A stretch of 64,000 nucleotides of DNA from an uncultured Methanosarcinales archaeon (GTDB lineage Archaea > Nanobdellota > Nanobdellia > Woesearchaeales > GW2011-AR9), in NCBI GenBank assembly GCA_964510085.1, contig CAZEAB010000003.1, positions 18,276 through 82,275 of the forward strand. The letters run 5' to 3'. This document shows, in pieces, positions 36,173 through 46,200 of this stretch. The translations under genes were made by a program, and so were the position numbers. The notes beneath the pieces are model-generated. The model made no database searches and had not been told where the DNA came from. It saw only the letters and a list, made by a program, of their open reading frames with translations. Each line of letters starts with the position of its first letter. The first letter of the stretch is position 1.

Positions 36173-36865
36173 TCAATCACACTTTTTCAACGCTATATTT
36201 AACTGATGTTTACCTTTTATACCACCAGCTAACAGATGGGCAGAGAGATCTTCACACACTAACAATAATGGAGCAAGATCATATCTAACAGCTTTTGAGC
36301 TAAACTTCTTAATAATACTAACTCTTAATTCTTTAGATGATAAAACAAATGGCCAATCATATTGATGCAAATCAATTAATTTAATTACATCCTTTTTCTT
36401 AGAAATTGGATCCACATTTAATGAAATATGTTTAAACGAATTATTATTTTCTTCTATAAACTCTTGTAATTTTACCTTTTGTTCACCACAAGGATAACAT
36501 TGTTCTGAATAAAGTTCAACAATAACTTTTTGACCTTTTAAACTTTCAATGGTAAATGTCTCATTTGAAATAACATTCTCCATCTCCATTCTCATCCACT
36601 TTGTATCATTATAAAACTGTGTTTGAATTGGTTCCTCGGGAAGCGACTCTACTACTTCTTTTGGTTCTTCTACTACCTCTTGCTTTTCTGTAATAACGGG
36701 TTCTGGAGCAATTTCATTAGTTTCCACATCTTCAACAATTTTTTCATCTACTAAAACTTCGGTAGGCAATTCCTCTTTTTCAACAGGTTCTATTTCTTCT
36801 TGTACAACTTCAGAACATCCAACTACCAAAAATAATACAATAAGCAACAATAACCAAGTTTTCAT
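36173..36865 (-). CDS. Thioredoxin-like lipoprotein with acidic linker
   Basis: Lipobox FLVVGCS, Glu/Val/Pro-rich linker, and a Trx-like domain with 'EQCYPCGEQK'. Confidence 0.65.
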   Translation of the reverse strand: MKTWLLLLIVLFLVVGCSEVVQEEIEPVEKEELPTEVLVDEKIVEDVETNEIAPEPVITEKQEVVEEPKEVVESLPEEPIQTQFYNDTKWMRMEMENVISNETFTIESLKGQKVIVELYSEQCYPCGEQKVKLQEFIEENNNSFKHISLNVDPISKKKDVIKLIDLHQYDWPFVLSSKELRVSIIKKFSSKAVRYDLAPLLLVCEDLSAHLLAGGIKGKHQLNIALKKCD

Positions 36866-36945
36866 AATAATAAAAATACATTGAGTTATTTAAAACTATG
36901 CTTTGCACACCAACATTTATAAATTCAAAATAACTTCTAATTAAC

Positions 36946-37929
36946 ATGCCAAAAGCAAAAGTATTCATCACAAGAAAAATTCCTGGAACAGCAATTCAAC
37001 AATTAAAAAAACATTTCCAAGTAAAAGTTTACCCAAAAGATCAGAAAATTTCACGAAAAGAACTTATCAAAGGAGTAAAGTGGTGTGACGCTCTTCTTTG
37101 TATTCTCACAGAAAAAATAGACAAAGAAGTAATCGACGCAAATCCAAATCTTAAAGTTATTTCAAATTATGCAGTGGGATATAATAACATAGACGTTGCC
37201 TATGCAACAAAAAAGGGAATACCTGTATGTAACACGCCCTCTATGGAAGTTGTAGATGCTGTAGCAGAACATGCTGTTACATTACTTCTAGCTGTCGCAA
37301 AGAGAGTTCATGAAGATGAAGCATATGTACGAGAACATAAATGGAAATCCTGGGCACCAAGACTTCTACTTGGAACACAAATTAAAGGAAAAACTCTTGG
37401 TATAATTGGATTAGGAAGAATTGGAAAAGGTGTAGCAGAACGTGCTAGTCATGGATTAGGAATGAATGTTATATATTATGATATTAGAAAAGATACTAAA
37501 TTTGAAAAAAGATACAAAGCAAAGAAAGTGTCTTTTACAACACTAATTAAAAAATCAGATTTTATAACCCTTCATGTAAACCTTACAAAGAAAACACATC
37601 ATTTAATTGGAAAAAAACAGATTTCGTTAATGAAAAAAACAGCATATATCATAAACACGTCTAGGGGACCAGTAATAGATGAAAAAGCTCTTACAACCGC
37701 ATTAAAAAATAAGAGGATTGCAGGTGCAGGGTTAGATGTTCATGAAACAGAACCAAGCACAAATCACCCATTACATAAACTAAATAATTGTATATTAACA
37801 CCACACATTGCGTCCGCAACAGTTGAAGTAAGACAAAAGATGGGAGAAGATGCAGCAAACAATATTATTTCAATTCTCAAAAAGAAAGGAAAACCAAAGA
37901 TAGTTAATCCAGAAGTTTTAAAGAAGTAA
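36946..37929 (+). CDS. D-isomer-specific 2-hydroxyacid dehydrogenase (glyoxylate/hydroxypyruvate reductase-like)
   Basis: 'GIIGLGRIGKGVAERA', 'INTSRGPVIDE', 'AGLDVHETEP', 'LTPHIASAT'. Confidence 0.88.
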   Translation: MPKAKVFITRKIPGTAIQQLKKHFQVKVYPKDQKISRKELIKGVKWCDALLCILTEKIDKEVIDANPNLKVISNYAVGYNNIDVAYATKKGIPVCNTPSMEVVDAVAEHAVTLLLAVAKRVHEDEAYVREHKWKSWAPRLLLGTQIKGKTLGIIGLGRIGKGVAERASHGLGMNVIYYDIRKDTKFEKRYKAKKVSFTTLIKKSDFITLHVNLTKKTHHLIGKKQISLMKKTAYIINTSRGPVIDEKALTTALKNKRIAGAGLDVHETEPSTNHPLHKLNNCILTPHIASATVEVRQKMGEDAANNIISILKKKGKPKIVNPEVLKK

Positions 37930-37943
37930 ACTCATACTTTTTT

Positions 37944-38630
37944 TCATTGTGTCCACTTAATTATAATTAATGCACCATAAATCAAAAAACCCAAAATGAA
38001 ATAGGTTACATTTCCAACTCTTCCGTGTGGGATATGGTGTCGTGTTACTGAAAATAATAAAACCCCCGTGATTAATCCAATCATGGCATATAATACCCAT
38101 TCTGTGATGTATGGCCAGATAAATGCAGCGAGAGTTGCACCAACAATTGTAGAACTTGAAAGTATAACCATTCTTCTTTTAGATTTATGTGGGTCTGAGG
38201 GTAAATTACTTACTAATGTGTATGCAAAAATAGATATAGCGAAAAATGTACCTTCAATATAATTAATCATAGTTAATGTCACAAGAATAATTCCAAAGAT
38301 AAAATGGTAAATGTAATAAAAAATATGTTCCTCATACGTTAACATTTTTACTAATTCGTGCTTTCTATTATGTTTGTATATTTCTTTTTCAATTATGTGG
38401 TGGCTAATGAACCCCACTAATAAGAATAAAAACAAAAATCTATCAATTTGAATAGCTTTCTCCGAGAATATAGGAAACAGCTCTAACAAGATATATGACG
38501 TTGAAACTCCTGCAGTAAAAGAAACAATACGGTAATAGTAAGACTTATGACGTAAGTCTAAACTTTTACTTACATACTCCATAACCGCTATTGCAACAGC
38601 AAATAATAGCGGAACAAACACCCCTTTCAT
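37944..38630 (-). CDS. Polytopic membrane protein, unknown function
   Basis: About 7 hydrophobic helices and His-rich loops. Confidence 0.55.
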   Translation of the reverse strand: MKGVFVPLLFAVAIAVMEYVSKSLDLRHKSYYYRIVSFTAGVSTSYILLELFPIFSEKAIQIDRFLFLFLLVGFISHHIIEKEIYKHNRKHELVKMLTYEEHIFYYIYHFIFGIILVTLTMINYIEGTFFAISIFAYTLVSNLPSDPHKSKRRMVILSSSTIVGATLAAFIWPYITEWVLYAMIGLITGVLLFSVTRHHIPHGRVGNVTYFILGFLIYGALIIIKWTQ

Positions 38631-38696
38631 ATACTAAAGAAATATAATTGTGTTTAATAAGTTTTCGTCAAATAAAAAAGAGAAAAAAAGAAAGAA

Positions 38697-38855
38697 TTAC
38701 TTTTTCTTTCCAAGAATTCTAAACATTGTTGTTGAACAAGTTGGACATGATCCTTTCATAGCTCGTCTTTCAACACCGCCTTTTCCTTTCATTGGAACTT
38801 CTTTTCCATTTGAAATTTCTCTCTTTGCTTTACACTTTACACAATATCCTTCCAT
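38697..38855 (-). CDS. DUF5679-like zinc-ribbon protein
   Basis: 'MEGYCVKCKAKREI....MKGSCPTCSTTMFRILGKKK'. GAGGTG SD upstream of ATG 38855. Confidence 0.65.
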   Translation of the reverse strand: MEGYCVKCKAKREISNGKEVPMKGKGGVERRAMKGSCPTCSTTMFRILGKKK

Positions 38856-39010
38856 TTTATTTGCACCTCGATAGTTAATAGAACGTACTAATTTCACGCC
38901 CCTCTACATATAAAATGGAGGGTGTCCTTAAAAATGTTTCGTAAGTTTAAGCCTATTTTAGCTTATTTTGTACATAAATATTTATTAATAAAAGGTACAC
39001 AAAATGATCT

Positions 39011-39970
39011 ATGAAACATATAATTTCACTAAAAAATCAATCAAAAGAAGAAATTCTTAAAATGATTTCTATTGCAGTTAGGTTGAAAGAGCAACGAAGA
39101 TTACATCAACCAACTCATCTCTTAAAAGACAAAACTCTTATTATGTTATTTCAAAAATCATCTACGAGAACACGATTATCCTTTGAAACTGCAATGACTG
39201 AACTTGGAGGCCATTCAATATTTCTTGATGCAAGAACTACTCAATTTTCATTAACTGATTTTAAAGATGAAATTCAAGCAGTAATGCGTTTTGGTCACTT
39301 ACTGATGTTCAGAGCAAGAAAAGCAAAAGATGTTCTTACAGCCTCTTCATTTAACCAAATTCCTGTAATTGATGCATGTAGTGAAAAATATCATCCTGCT
39401 CAAGCATTGAGTGATATTCTTACCATGCATGAATATAGTAATGGAATTAATAATGTAAAAAAGGTGGTGTGGTTTGGAATCGAGAATAATGTCTCAAATA
39501 CACTTATGCTTGCTTGTGTTAAATTAGGAATAAAATTTGTTATTGTTGCTCCAGAAGTTGATAAGGATAGTATTGACGAAGAATTGAAATTACAAGCAGA
39601 AGCAACGGAGCTTGTAACAAGAACATTAGATATACAAGAGGCGTTACAAGATGCAGATTATGTTCATACAGATACATGGATGAATATGGAATTCTTTGAA
39701 GAAGGGAAAGTAAAAGAAATTTTTAAAGAGGAATATGAACGACGTAAAAAATTATTTCTCCCATTTCAACTGAATGCAGAACTTATCAACTCACACTGTC
39801 CAAACACAAGAATAATGCATTGTATGCCTCTTCATATTGGGTATGAAATCTCTCGTGACGCTGTAGATCACCCAAATTCTATTATACTTAACCAAGCAGA
39901 AAACAGATTACATATGCAGAAAGCTATTCTTGTATGGTTGGCTCAACAGAAGACAGAATCCCAACGTTAA
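39011..39970 (+). CDS. Ornithine/aspartate carbamoyltransferase family protein (OTCase-like)
   Basis: 'STRTRLSFETAMTELGG', 'HPAQALSD', 'MHCMPLH'. Confidence 0.8.
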   Translation: MKHIISLKNQSKEEILKMISIAVRLKEQRRLHQPTHLLKDKTLIMLFQKSSTRTRLSFETAMTELGGHSIFLDARTTQFSLTDFKDEIQAVMRFGHLLMFRARKAKDVLTASSFNQIPVIDACSEKYHPAQALSDILTMHEYSNGINNVKKVVWFGIENNVSNTLMLACVKLGIKFVIVAPEVDKDSIDEELKLQAEATELVTRTLDIQEALQDADYVHTDTWMNMEFFEEGKVKEIFKEEYERRKKLFLPFQLNAELINSHCPNTRIMHCMPLHIGYEISRDAVDHPNSIILNQAENRLHMQKAILVWLAQQKTESQR

Positions 39971-42365
39971 CACCAAACTTCTCTGTTTCTAAAGTAGTTT
40001 CACCTTCAAATATAATCTCTTGAACACTAAGAACAGATTTTAAATCAGATTCTACACTTGTAACAAGCTTAACAAAATCCGGTTCATCTGATCGTAAAAC
40101 TAACTGTTTCAATTCTGCTTTCAAAGATAATTGGTTCTCAGATTTATACTTACGAACAGTATTAATGATGTCCACACCAATATCCCCTGCAACTTCAACC
40201 GTATGGTTTTCTAACGAAGAATCAATTTCTGGCCACGAACTAATATGTATACTTTTATTTTTCTCTTTATTTGCAAAGAATAATTGATAAATCTCTTCAG
40301 AGATATGTGGCATTATTGGAGCAATTAACTTAAGTATGCTTAACAATGTAATATACAAACTCTTCTGTGCACTCTTTCGTTCTTCAACACCTCTAGCATC
40401 AGGATTATATAACCTATCTTTTACAATTTCAAGATATTGGTCACAGAACGTATGCCAAAAGAATTTTTCAACTTCTGCCTTTGTTCGTGAATATTCATAT
40501 TTATCAAACGTTTCAGTACATTCTCTAATTAATTTCTGTAATTTACTTATAAGCCACTTATCAAATGTTTCTGTTATTTCTCCAGAAGAATAATCCTCTA
40601 AATGCATGATACAAAACTTAGAAGCATTCCACATCTTTGTCACAAATTTCTGACCAGTTAACAAGTCTTTCTCTTGGAAGGGTAAATCATCTCCTAACTT
40701 AGAACCAGCTGCCCAAAATCGTAAAGCGTCTGCAGAATACTTATCCAACATAATACTTGGCTCAACAATATTCCCAAGAGATTTAGACATCTTCCTTCCA
40801 GATGGGTCTTGTGCATGTCCTGAGATAACAACATCTTTCCAAGGAACTCGTCCATGGTGGTACCAGCTTTTTACTAATGTATAAAATAACCATGTACGGA
40901 TAATATCGTGTGCTTGTGGCCGTAATGAGAAAGGTTCATTAACATAATCAATTTTATATTCTCCTTTATGAACCCAATTACGGGCAATTTCAGGAGTAAC
41001 TGATGACGTTGCCCATGTATCTAATACATCTGTTTCTGGAATAAGGTCTTCTTTTGCATATCCCTGTGGTGCATCTTTTGTTGGGTCTACAGGTAATTCT
41101 TCAACAGAAGGAAGAATAACCTCCCCAGTCTCTTTATGAGTCCATACGGGCACGGGAATTCCGAAATGTCTTTGTCTTGAAATACACCAATCCCAGTTTA
41201 AATTCTGAACCCAATGATCGTAACGAACTTTCATATGTTCAGGATACCATGTAATCTGGTTAGCTGCTTCCAATAATTCCTGTTTTTTATCTAATACTTT
41301 GATGTACCATTGTTTTGATTTTAAAAATTCAATAGGCGTTTTACATCGCTCGTGTACATTTGTAGCATGAACAATATCCTTTTGGCTTACTAATGCTCCT
41401 ATCTCTTTTAATTTTTCAATAATACCTTTCCTTGCCTCTTCAATTTTCATTCCTTTAAATTCTGTTGCAAGCTCGTTAAGAACACCATATTTCTCAAACA
41501 CAACTCGTAGTGGAAGATCAAACTTATGCCATTTCTCAACATCTTCTTTATCACCAAATGTACACACCATCATTAATCCAGTTCCTTTATCCATAGCAAC
41601 AGATTCATCTGCAAGAATTGGAACTTCATAATTGAATAATGGAACCATGGCAAATTTACCCTCTAATTCTTTATACCGTTTATCTTCAGGATTATAAAAA
41701 AGAGCAACACACGCAGGTAATAACTCAGGTCTTGTAGTTGAGATAACTAACTCTTTACCATGAGAAGTGAATTTTATATCATTAAATTGTGCATTTTTTT
41801 CAACAGATTCAAATTCCGCTTGGGCTATAGCGGTTTGACATTTTACACACCAACTTATTGGAGATTCCTGCCTATATATCCTTCCTTTCTTATACAAATC
41901 AATGAAAGATGCTTGTGAAGTTATTTGACAGTGTTCATTAATAGTAGAATACGATTTTGTGAAATCAGCAGACATTCCAATTTCTTGCCATGCTTTGATA
42001 AATTTTGGTTTTTGTTCTTCAATAAACTCATTACATATGTGAATAAACTCTTCCCTCTTCATTTTACGAGCAAGAATTTTCTTATTCTTCTCAACTAACT
42101 TCTCTGTTGGTAACCCATTATCATCAGTTCCAAACGGAAAAAACACATTCTTCCCAATCATTCTTTGATACCTCACAACAATATCTTGTTGCGTGTATGA
42201 AAACGCATGGCCCATATGCATCTTTCCAGAAACTGTTGGAGGAGGAGTATCTACACTATATGTAGGTCTACCATCTACATTATACACATACACTTCCTCA
42301 TCTTGCCAGAACTTCTGCCACTTAGCTTCAGATTCTTTTGGATCATATCGTTTAGGGAGTTCCAT
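39924..42365 (-). CDS. valS: Valyl-tRNA synthetase
   Basis: 'PPPTVSGKMHMGHAF' (HIGH), 'KMSKSLGN', editing-domain region; archaeal length (813 aa). Confidence 0.9.
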   Translation of the reverse strand: MELPKRYDPKESEAKWQKFWQDEEVYVYNVDGRPTYSVDTPPPTVSGKMHMGHAFSYTQQDIVVRYQRMIGKNVFFPFGTDDNGLPTEKLVEKNKKILARKMKREEFIHICNEFIEEQKPKFIKAWQEIGMSADFTKSYSTINEHCQITSQASFIDLYKKGRIYRQESPISWCVKCQTAIAQAEFESVEKNAQFNDIKFTSHGKELVISTTRPELLPACVALFYNPEDKRYKELEGKFAMVPLFNYEVPILADESVAMDKGTGLMMVCTFGDKEDVEKWHKFDLPLRVVFEKYGVLNELATEFKGMKIEEARKGIIEKLKEIGALVSQKDIVHATNVHERCKTPIEFLKSKQWYIKVLDKKQELLEAANQITWYPEHMKVRYDHWVQNLNWDWCISRQRHFGIPVPVWTHKETGEVILPSVEELPVDPTKDAPQGYAKEDLIPETDVLDTWATSSVTPEIARNWVHKGEYKIDYVNEPFSLRPQAHDIIRTWLFYTLVKSWYHHGRVPWKDVVISGHAQDPSGRKMSKSLGNIVEPSIMLDKYSADALRFWAAGSKLGDDLPFQEKDLLTGQKFVTKMWNASKFCIMHLEDYSSGEITETFDKWLISKLQKLIRECTETFDKYEYSRTKAEVEKFFWHTFCDQYLEIVKDRLYNPDARGVEERKSAQKSLYITLLSILKLIAPIMPHISEEIYQLFFANKEKNKSIHISSWPEIDSSLENHTVEVAGDIGVDIINTVRKYKSENQLSLKAELKQLVLRSDEPDFVKLVTSVESDLKSVLSVQEIIFEGETTLETEKFGVNVGILSSVEPTIQE

Positions 42366-42471
42366 TTTACTTCAGAAGTGAGGGGTTATATAAAAATGTA
42401 AGGGATAAATATACATAAAATAAACAATTCTCTCCCATAAACTTAATATACTCTTCCAACCAAAAGAAACC

Positions 42472-43650
42472 ATGACTCTTTACACTTTAAAATATGCACC
42501 TAAGAACTCTAACCAGGTATTTGGACAAGATGAAGGAAAAGTAAAACTTAAAGACTTTATAACAAACTACACTCAACAAAAATTCAAAGCAGCGCTAGTT
42601 CATGGCCCCCTTGGAGTTGGTAAAACGTCTTCAGTATATGCAATAGCAAATGAACTCAAATATGACGTTCTTGAAATAAACTCTTCAGATCTACGAAACG
42701 CAGCAAACATTAAATCATTCCTTGATTCAGCATTAGGACAGCAATCCTTATTCTTCACACCAAAATTAATCTTAATAGATGAAGTAGATAACATCTCCGG
42801 TGTAAAAGATAGAGGGTGTGTTCCAGCTGTATTGAAAGCTATCGAAAAATCAAAATTCCCTATAATACTCACAGCAAATGACATCTATGACAAGAAACTT
42901 AAACCATTAAAGAAAGCAGCTTTACCTATAGAATATCCAAAATTAGATTATAAAATAATTGCTCACGGATTAGAATGGGTGGCGCAACAAGAGAACATTA
43001 CGTACGAAATTAAAGCAGTTAATTCCTTAGCAAGACAAGTTGATGGAGATATGCGTGCAGCTCTTCTCGATTTACATACGTGTGGCAACAACTTTACATT
43101 TGACAAAGTAACAACCTTATCAGATAGAAAGAGAACAGAAGCTATAACGTCCGCATTACGAATAATCTTCAAATCATCAACAGCAGAAAATGCCTTACGA
43201 GCGTTAGATGATGTTGATATAGACATGGACCAAATATTCATGTGGATGGATTACAATTTACCAAAGGAATATACAGATGCAAAATCCTTAGCAAAAGCAT
43301 ATGAAGTTCTTTCAAGAGCAGATGTTTTCCGAGGAAGGATTAGGCGAAGACAACATTGGCGATTTCTTGCATACATGTATAATCTCTTAACAGCAGGAAT
43401 TTCTACATCAAAAGAACAACGTAACACAGAATTTGTTCAGTATAAACCAACTATGAGGCTTCTTCGAATTTGGCAAGCTAATATGAAGAATGCCAAAAAG
43501 AAAGAAATCGCAAAAAAACTAGCAGCAAGAACTCACGTTTCTACACGAGTTGCAATGAAGCAGATACCCTATTTGCAGAAATATTGTGATAATTCTATTG
43601 CTGAAGAATTAGAATTAAGTGATGATGAGTTTAATTGGTTAAAGAAGTAG
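42472..43650 (+). CDS. rfcL: Replication factor C large subunit
   Basis: 'KYAPKN', Walker A 'GPLGVGKTS', 'LILIDEVDN', 'DMRAAL' sensor. Confidence 0.88.
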   Translation: MTLYTLKYAPKNSNQVFGQDEGKVKLKDFITNYTQQKFKAALVHGPLGVGKTSSVYAIANELKYDVLEINSSDLRNAANIKSFLDSALGQQSLFFTPKLILIDEVDNISGVKDRGCVPAVLKAIEKSKFPIILTANDIYDKKLKPLKKAALPIEYPKLDYKIIAHGLEWVAQQENITYEIKAVNSLARQVDGDMRAALLDLHTCGNNFTFDKVTTLSDRKRTEAITSALRIIFKSSTAENALRALDDVDIDMDQIFMWMDYNLPKEYTDAKSLAKAYEVLSRADVFRGRIRRRQHWRFLAYMYNLLTAGISTSKEQRNTEFVQYKPTMRLLRIWQANMKNAKKKEIAKKLAARTHVSTRVAMKQIPYLQKYCDNSIAEELELSDDEFNWLKK

Positions 43651-43659
43651 GTTTGTTTC

Positions 43660-43778
43660 TGTAAGCGCTGCCCTGACTCCTCTGAGCAAAGCTCAGGGCG
43701 CAAACGGGAAAGCTATCCCGTTAAGCGAGTCGAGGTGGGTACATGGAACATGTACAAGTCCACCGTGCAGCGCTTACA
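43660..43778. ncRNA. GC-rich structured RNA element, family copy 3 (expanded, unclassified)
   Basis: 12-bp closing stem TGTAAGCGCTGC/GCAGCGCTTACA. Contains GCCCTGACT, two extra hairpins (CTGAGC-AAA-GCTCAG; AACGGGA-N6-TCCCGTT), then CGAG-GGTGG-GTACATG-GAA-CATGTAC-AAGT-CCACC-GTGC. Confidence 0.5.
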
Positions 43779-43830
43779 ATGTATAAACCATACAAAAACC
43801 TTAATAAACAACTTTCCACTCCAACAACAA

Positions 43831-45291
43831 ATGACTATTACAATAGAAGATATGGCTACATTCTGTAAAAAGAAAGGTTTCGTATTCCAAAGTGCTGAAA
43901 TCTATGGAGGTCTTTCGGGATTCTTTGATTACGGACCGTTAGGAGTAGAATTAAAAAATCGAATTAAACAAAGTTGGTATAAATTTATAGTTCAAGATAG
44001 ACAAAATGTTGTAGGGCAAGACGGTTCAATTATTTCAAACCCAAAAGTGTGGAAAGCTTCTGGCCATTTAGACTCATTTGAAGATTTAATCTTAGTAACA
44101 AAAAAATCTAAAACAAAATTACGTGCAGACCATTTCATTGAAGAAAAATTAAACATTTCTGCAGAGGGGATGTCGGCAAAAGATATTAACACACTTATCG
44201 CAGAAAACAACTTAACATACAAAGGTGAAGAATTTGAAGAAGTTAAAGGATTTCACTTAATGTTCTCAACAGAAGTTGGAGCGGAAGGAGGTAACACTTC
44301 TTACTTAAGGCCGGAAACATGCCAAAGTATTTTTCCAAACTTCAGATTAATAATGGAATCTTCTCGACAGAAACTTCCTTTTGGAATTTCGCAGACCGGA
44401 AAGGCGTTCAGAAACGAAATCTCTCCTCGTGATTTCTTATTTAGACTTCGAGAATTTGAACAAATGGAACTTGAATTTTTTATTCATCCAAATAAAGAAT
44501 GTAATGCATTAACAAAGGAACACAAAAAAACCACGTTTCAGTTTTTATCCTCGGAAGAACAAGATAAAAGTAATAAAATCACATCAATTTCAATAGCAGA
44601 TTTACTGAAAGCAAAAAAGCTAACGGAATGGCATGCATATTGGCTTGCAGAGATGTATATTTGGTATACAAAGATTCTTAAATTTAGCAAAGAAAATATT
44701 CGAGTACGAGAACATACCAACAAAGAATTATCTCACTATTCCTCTGCAACATTTGACATTGATTACAAATTTCCATTTGGCTTTAAGGAAATACTTGGAA
44801 TTGCAAATCGTGGAACGTATGACTTAACACAACACCAAGAACACAGTAAATCCAAATTAGAAGTTTTTGACGAAGCATCTCAAGAGAAAGTAATGCCAAC
44901 AGTTATAGAACCATCCCAGGGAGTTGATCGTTTATTTCTTGCAATGTTATTTGAAGCATATAAAGACGATAAAGAAAGGGGGAATATTGTATTACACCTT
45001 CCAAACGAATTTGCACCAACGTATTGTAGCGTATTCCCATTAGTAAAAAATAAGGAAGAAGTACTTTCAAAAGCAAAAAAAGTCTATGAGATGTTACGAA
45101 CAGAATTTACAACCTCCTTTGACGTATCTGGAAGTATAGGAAGACGATATGCTCGTGCAGATGAATTAGGAACACCTTATTGTATAACAATAGACTTTGA
45201 AGAAGATGATTCTGTAACTGTTCGTCACAGAGATTCAACAAAACAAGAACGTGTAAAGGTTAAGGAGCTGGTGTCATATCTCAGAAAATAA
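43831..45291 (+). CDS. glyS: Glycyl-tRNA synthetase (archaeal/eukaryotic alpha2 type)
   Basis: 'GFVFQSAEIYGG', 'FRNEISPR', 'GVDRL', 'RRYARADELGTPYCITID'. ATG 43831 lies 22 nt after TATA ttaataaa; the track start 43735 lies inside the RNA element. Confidence 0.92.
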   Translation: MTITIEDMATFCKKKGFVFQSAEIYGGLSGFFDYGPLGVELKNRIKQSWYKFIVQDRQNVVGQDGSIISNPKVWKASGHLDSFEDLILVTKKSKTKLRADHFIEEKLNISAEGMSAKDINTLIAENNLTYKGEEFEEVKGFHLMFSTEVGAEGGNTSYLRPETCQSIFPNFRLIMESSRQKLPFGISQTGKAFRNEISPRDFLFRLREFEQMELEFFIHPNKECNALTKEHKKTTFQFLSSEEQDKSNKITSISIADLLKAKKLTEWHAYWLAEMYIWYTKILKFSKENIRVREHTNKELSHYSSATFDIDYKFPFGFKEILGIANRGTYDLTQHQEHSKSKLEVFDEASQEKVMPTVIEPSQGVDRLFLAMLFEAYKDDKERGNIVLHLPNEFAPTYCSVFPLVKNKEEVLSKAKKVYEMLRTEFTTSFDVSGSIGRRYARADELGTPYCITIDFEEDDSVTVRHRDSTKQERVKVKELVSYLRK

Positions 45292-45319
45292 ATTACCTAA
45301 AAAGGGAGTAGTATATGGA

Positions 45320-45811
45320 ATGACGTTACTTATTATAATTGTACTACTAGTTCTACTATTTTTATTTTACCTAACACAACATGATACTGTAAAAACATTT
45401 AGTTTAGTACTCTTTATAGTAGTCTTTGCAGTTGGTTCTGCGTACATTTATGTACGAATAACTTCCAAAAAAGTTAAATTAGCACGTAAAGTAGAAGCAA
45501 TGGAAAAACATCTCGTTCATGCTGATTTAGCTTTCCTCAAAAAAGAGTATAAGAAGATTCATAACCATTATTTGAAATTGCCTGAGAAACATAAAGAACA
45601 TTTCTTTCAGTCAATTGAAAATATTCATAGAAAGATCGAACATTTTATGGTTGCTGAACATAAGTTACAAGAACTGGTTTCAGTTAAACATAAAGATAAG
45701 AAGAAACAACATAAAATATTGTTAGAAATGCACGAACTTTTTAATAAATTACCTAAAAAGGCACAAGAAAAATATCATCATTTGTTAGTATATGCAAAAA
45801 AACAATTGTAA
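45320..45811 (+). CDS. Membrane-anchored His/Lys-rich coiled-coil protein
   Basis: Two N-terminal TM helices, then a helical H/K/E-rich region. Confidence 0.5.
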   Translation: MTLLIIIVLLVLLFLFYLTQHDTVKTFSLVLFIVVFAVGSAYIYVRITSKKVKLARKVEAMEKHLVHADLAFLKKEYKKIHNHYLKLPEKHKEHFFQSIENIHRKIEHFMVAEHKLQELVSVKHKDKKKQHKILLEMHELFNKLPKKAQEKYHHLLVYAKKQL

Positions 45812-45813
45812 AT

Positions 45814-46200
45814 CTATCTACAAGCTCTAGATTTTGATACATCTTTTGCTTGAATTGTTATCTGAGCACGTTTACTTTTCCGAGAAAGTTCTTTTCCAAG
45901 ACATACAGAATAAGTATGTTGTGCAATTTTTGGATTTCCTCCATCAAGATAATCAATACATTTACTCTCTACTTGTTGTACACACTTTTTATTCTTTGAT
46001 CTTATAACTTCACATCCTCTAACAACATAAGGGTGAACTTCTTCCCATATAGCTTCCATGCAAGATCCAGGTTTGTAACGCTGGTGTGTTTTACTATTTC
46101 TTTTTAAAACCGGTTTCTTTGCATAAGTAGGAAAACTAACTGCTAATCCTACTGCTACTGTAGCTGCTGCAATTCCTTTCACTATATTTTCTAATTTCAT
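45814..46200 (-). CDS. Secreted 6-Cys domain protein (paralog B)
   Basis: Signal peptide plus 'CMEAIWEE..RGCEVI..KKCVQQVESKCIDYLDGGNPK..YSVCLGKELS', paralogous to 46197-46814. ATGA overlap. Confidence 0.6.
   Translation of the reverse strand: MKLENIVKGIAAATVAVGLAVSFPTYAKKPVLKRNSKTHQRYKPGSCMEAIWEEVHPYVVRGCEVIRSKNKKCVQQVESKCIDYLDGGNPKIAQHTYSVCLGKELSRKSKRAQITIQAKDVSKSRACR

Noticed and set aside
38856-39010. GC-containing hairpin CCCTC-N13-GAGGG upstream of the DUF5679 gene as another RNA-family copy
   Set aside because: The loop contains the TATA box (TTTTATAT on the minus strand), and the family blocks (GCCCTGACT, CGAG, GTGC) are absent. It is most simply a promoter region.
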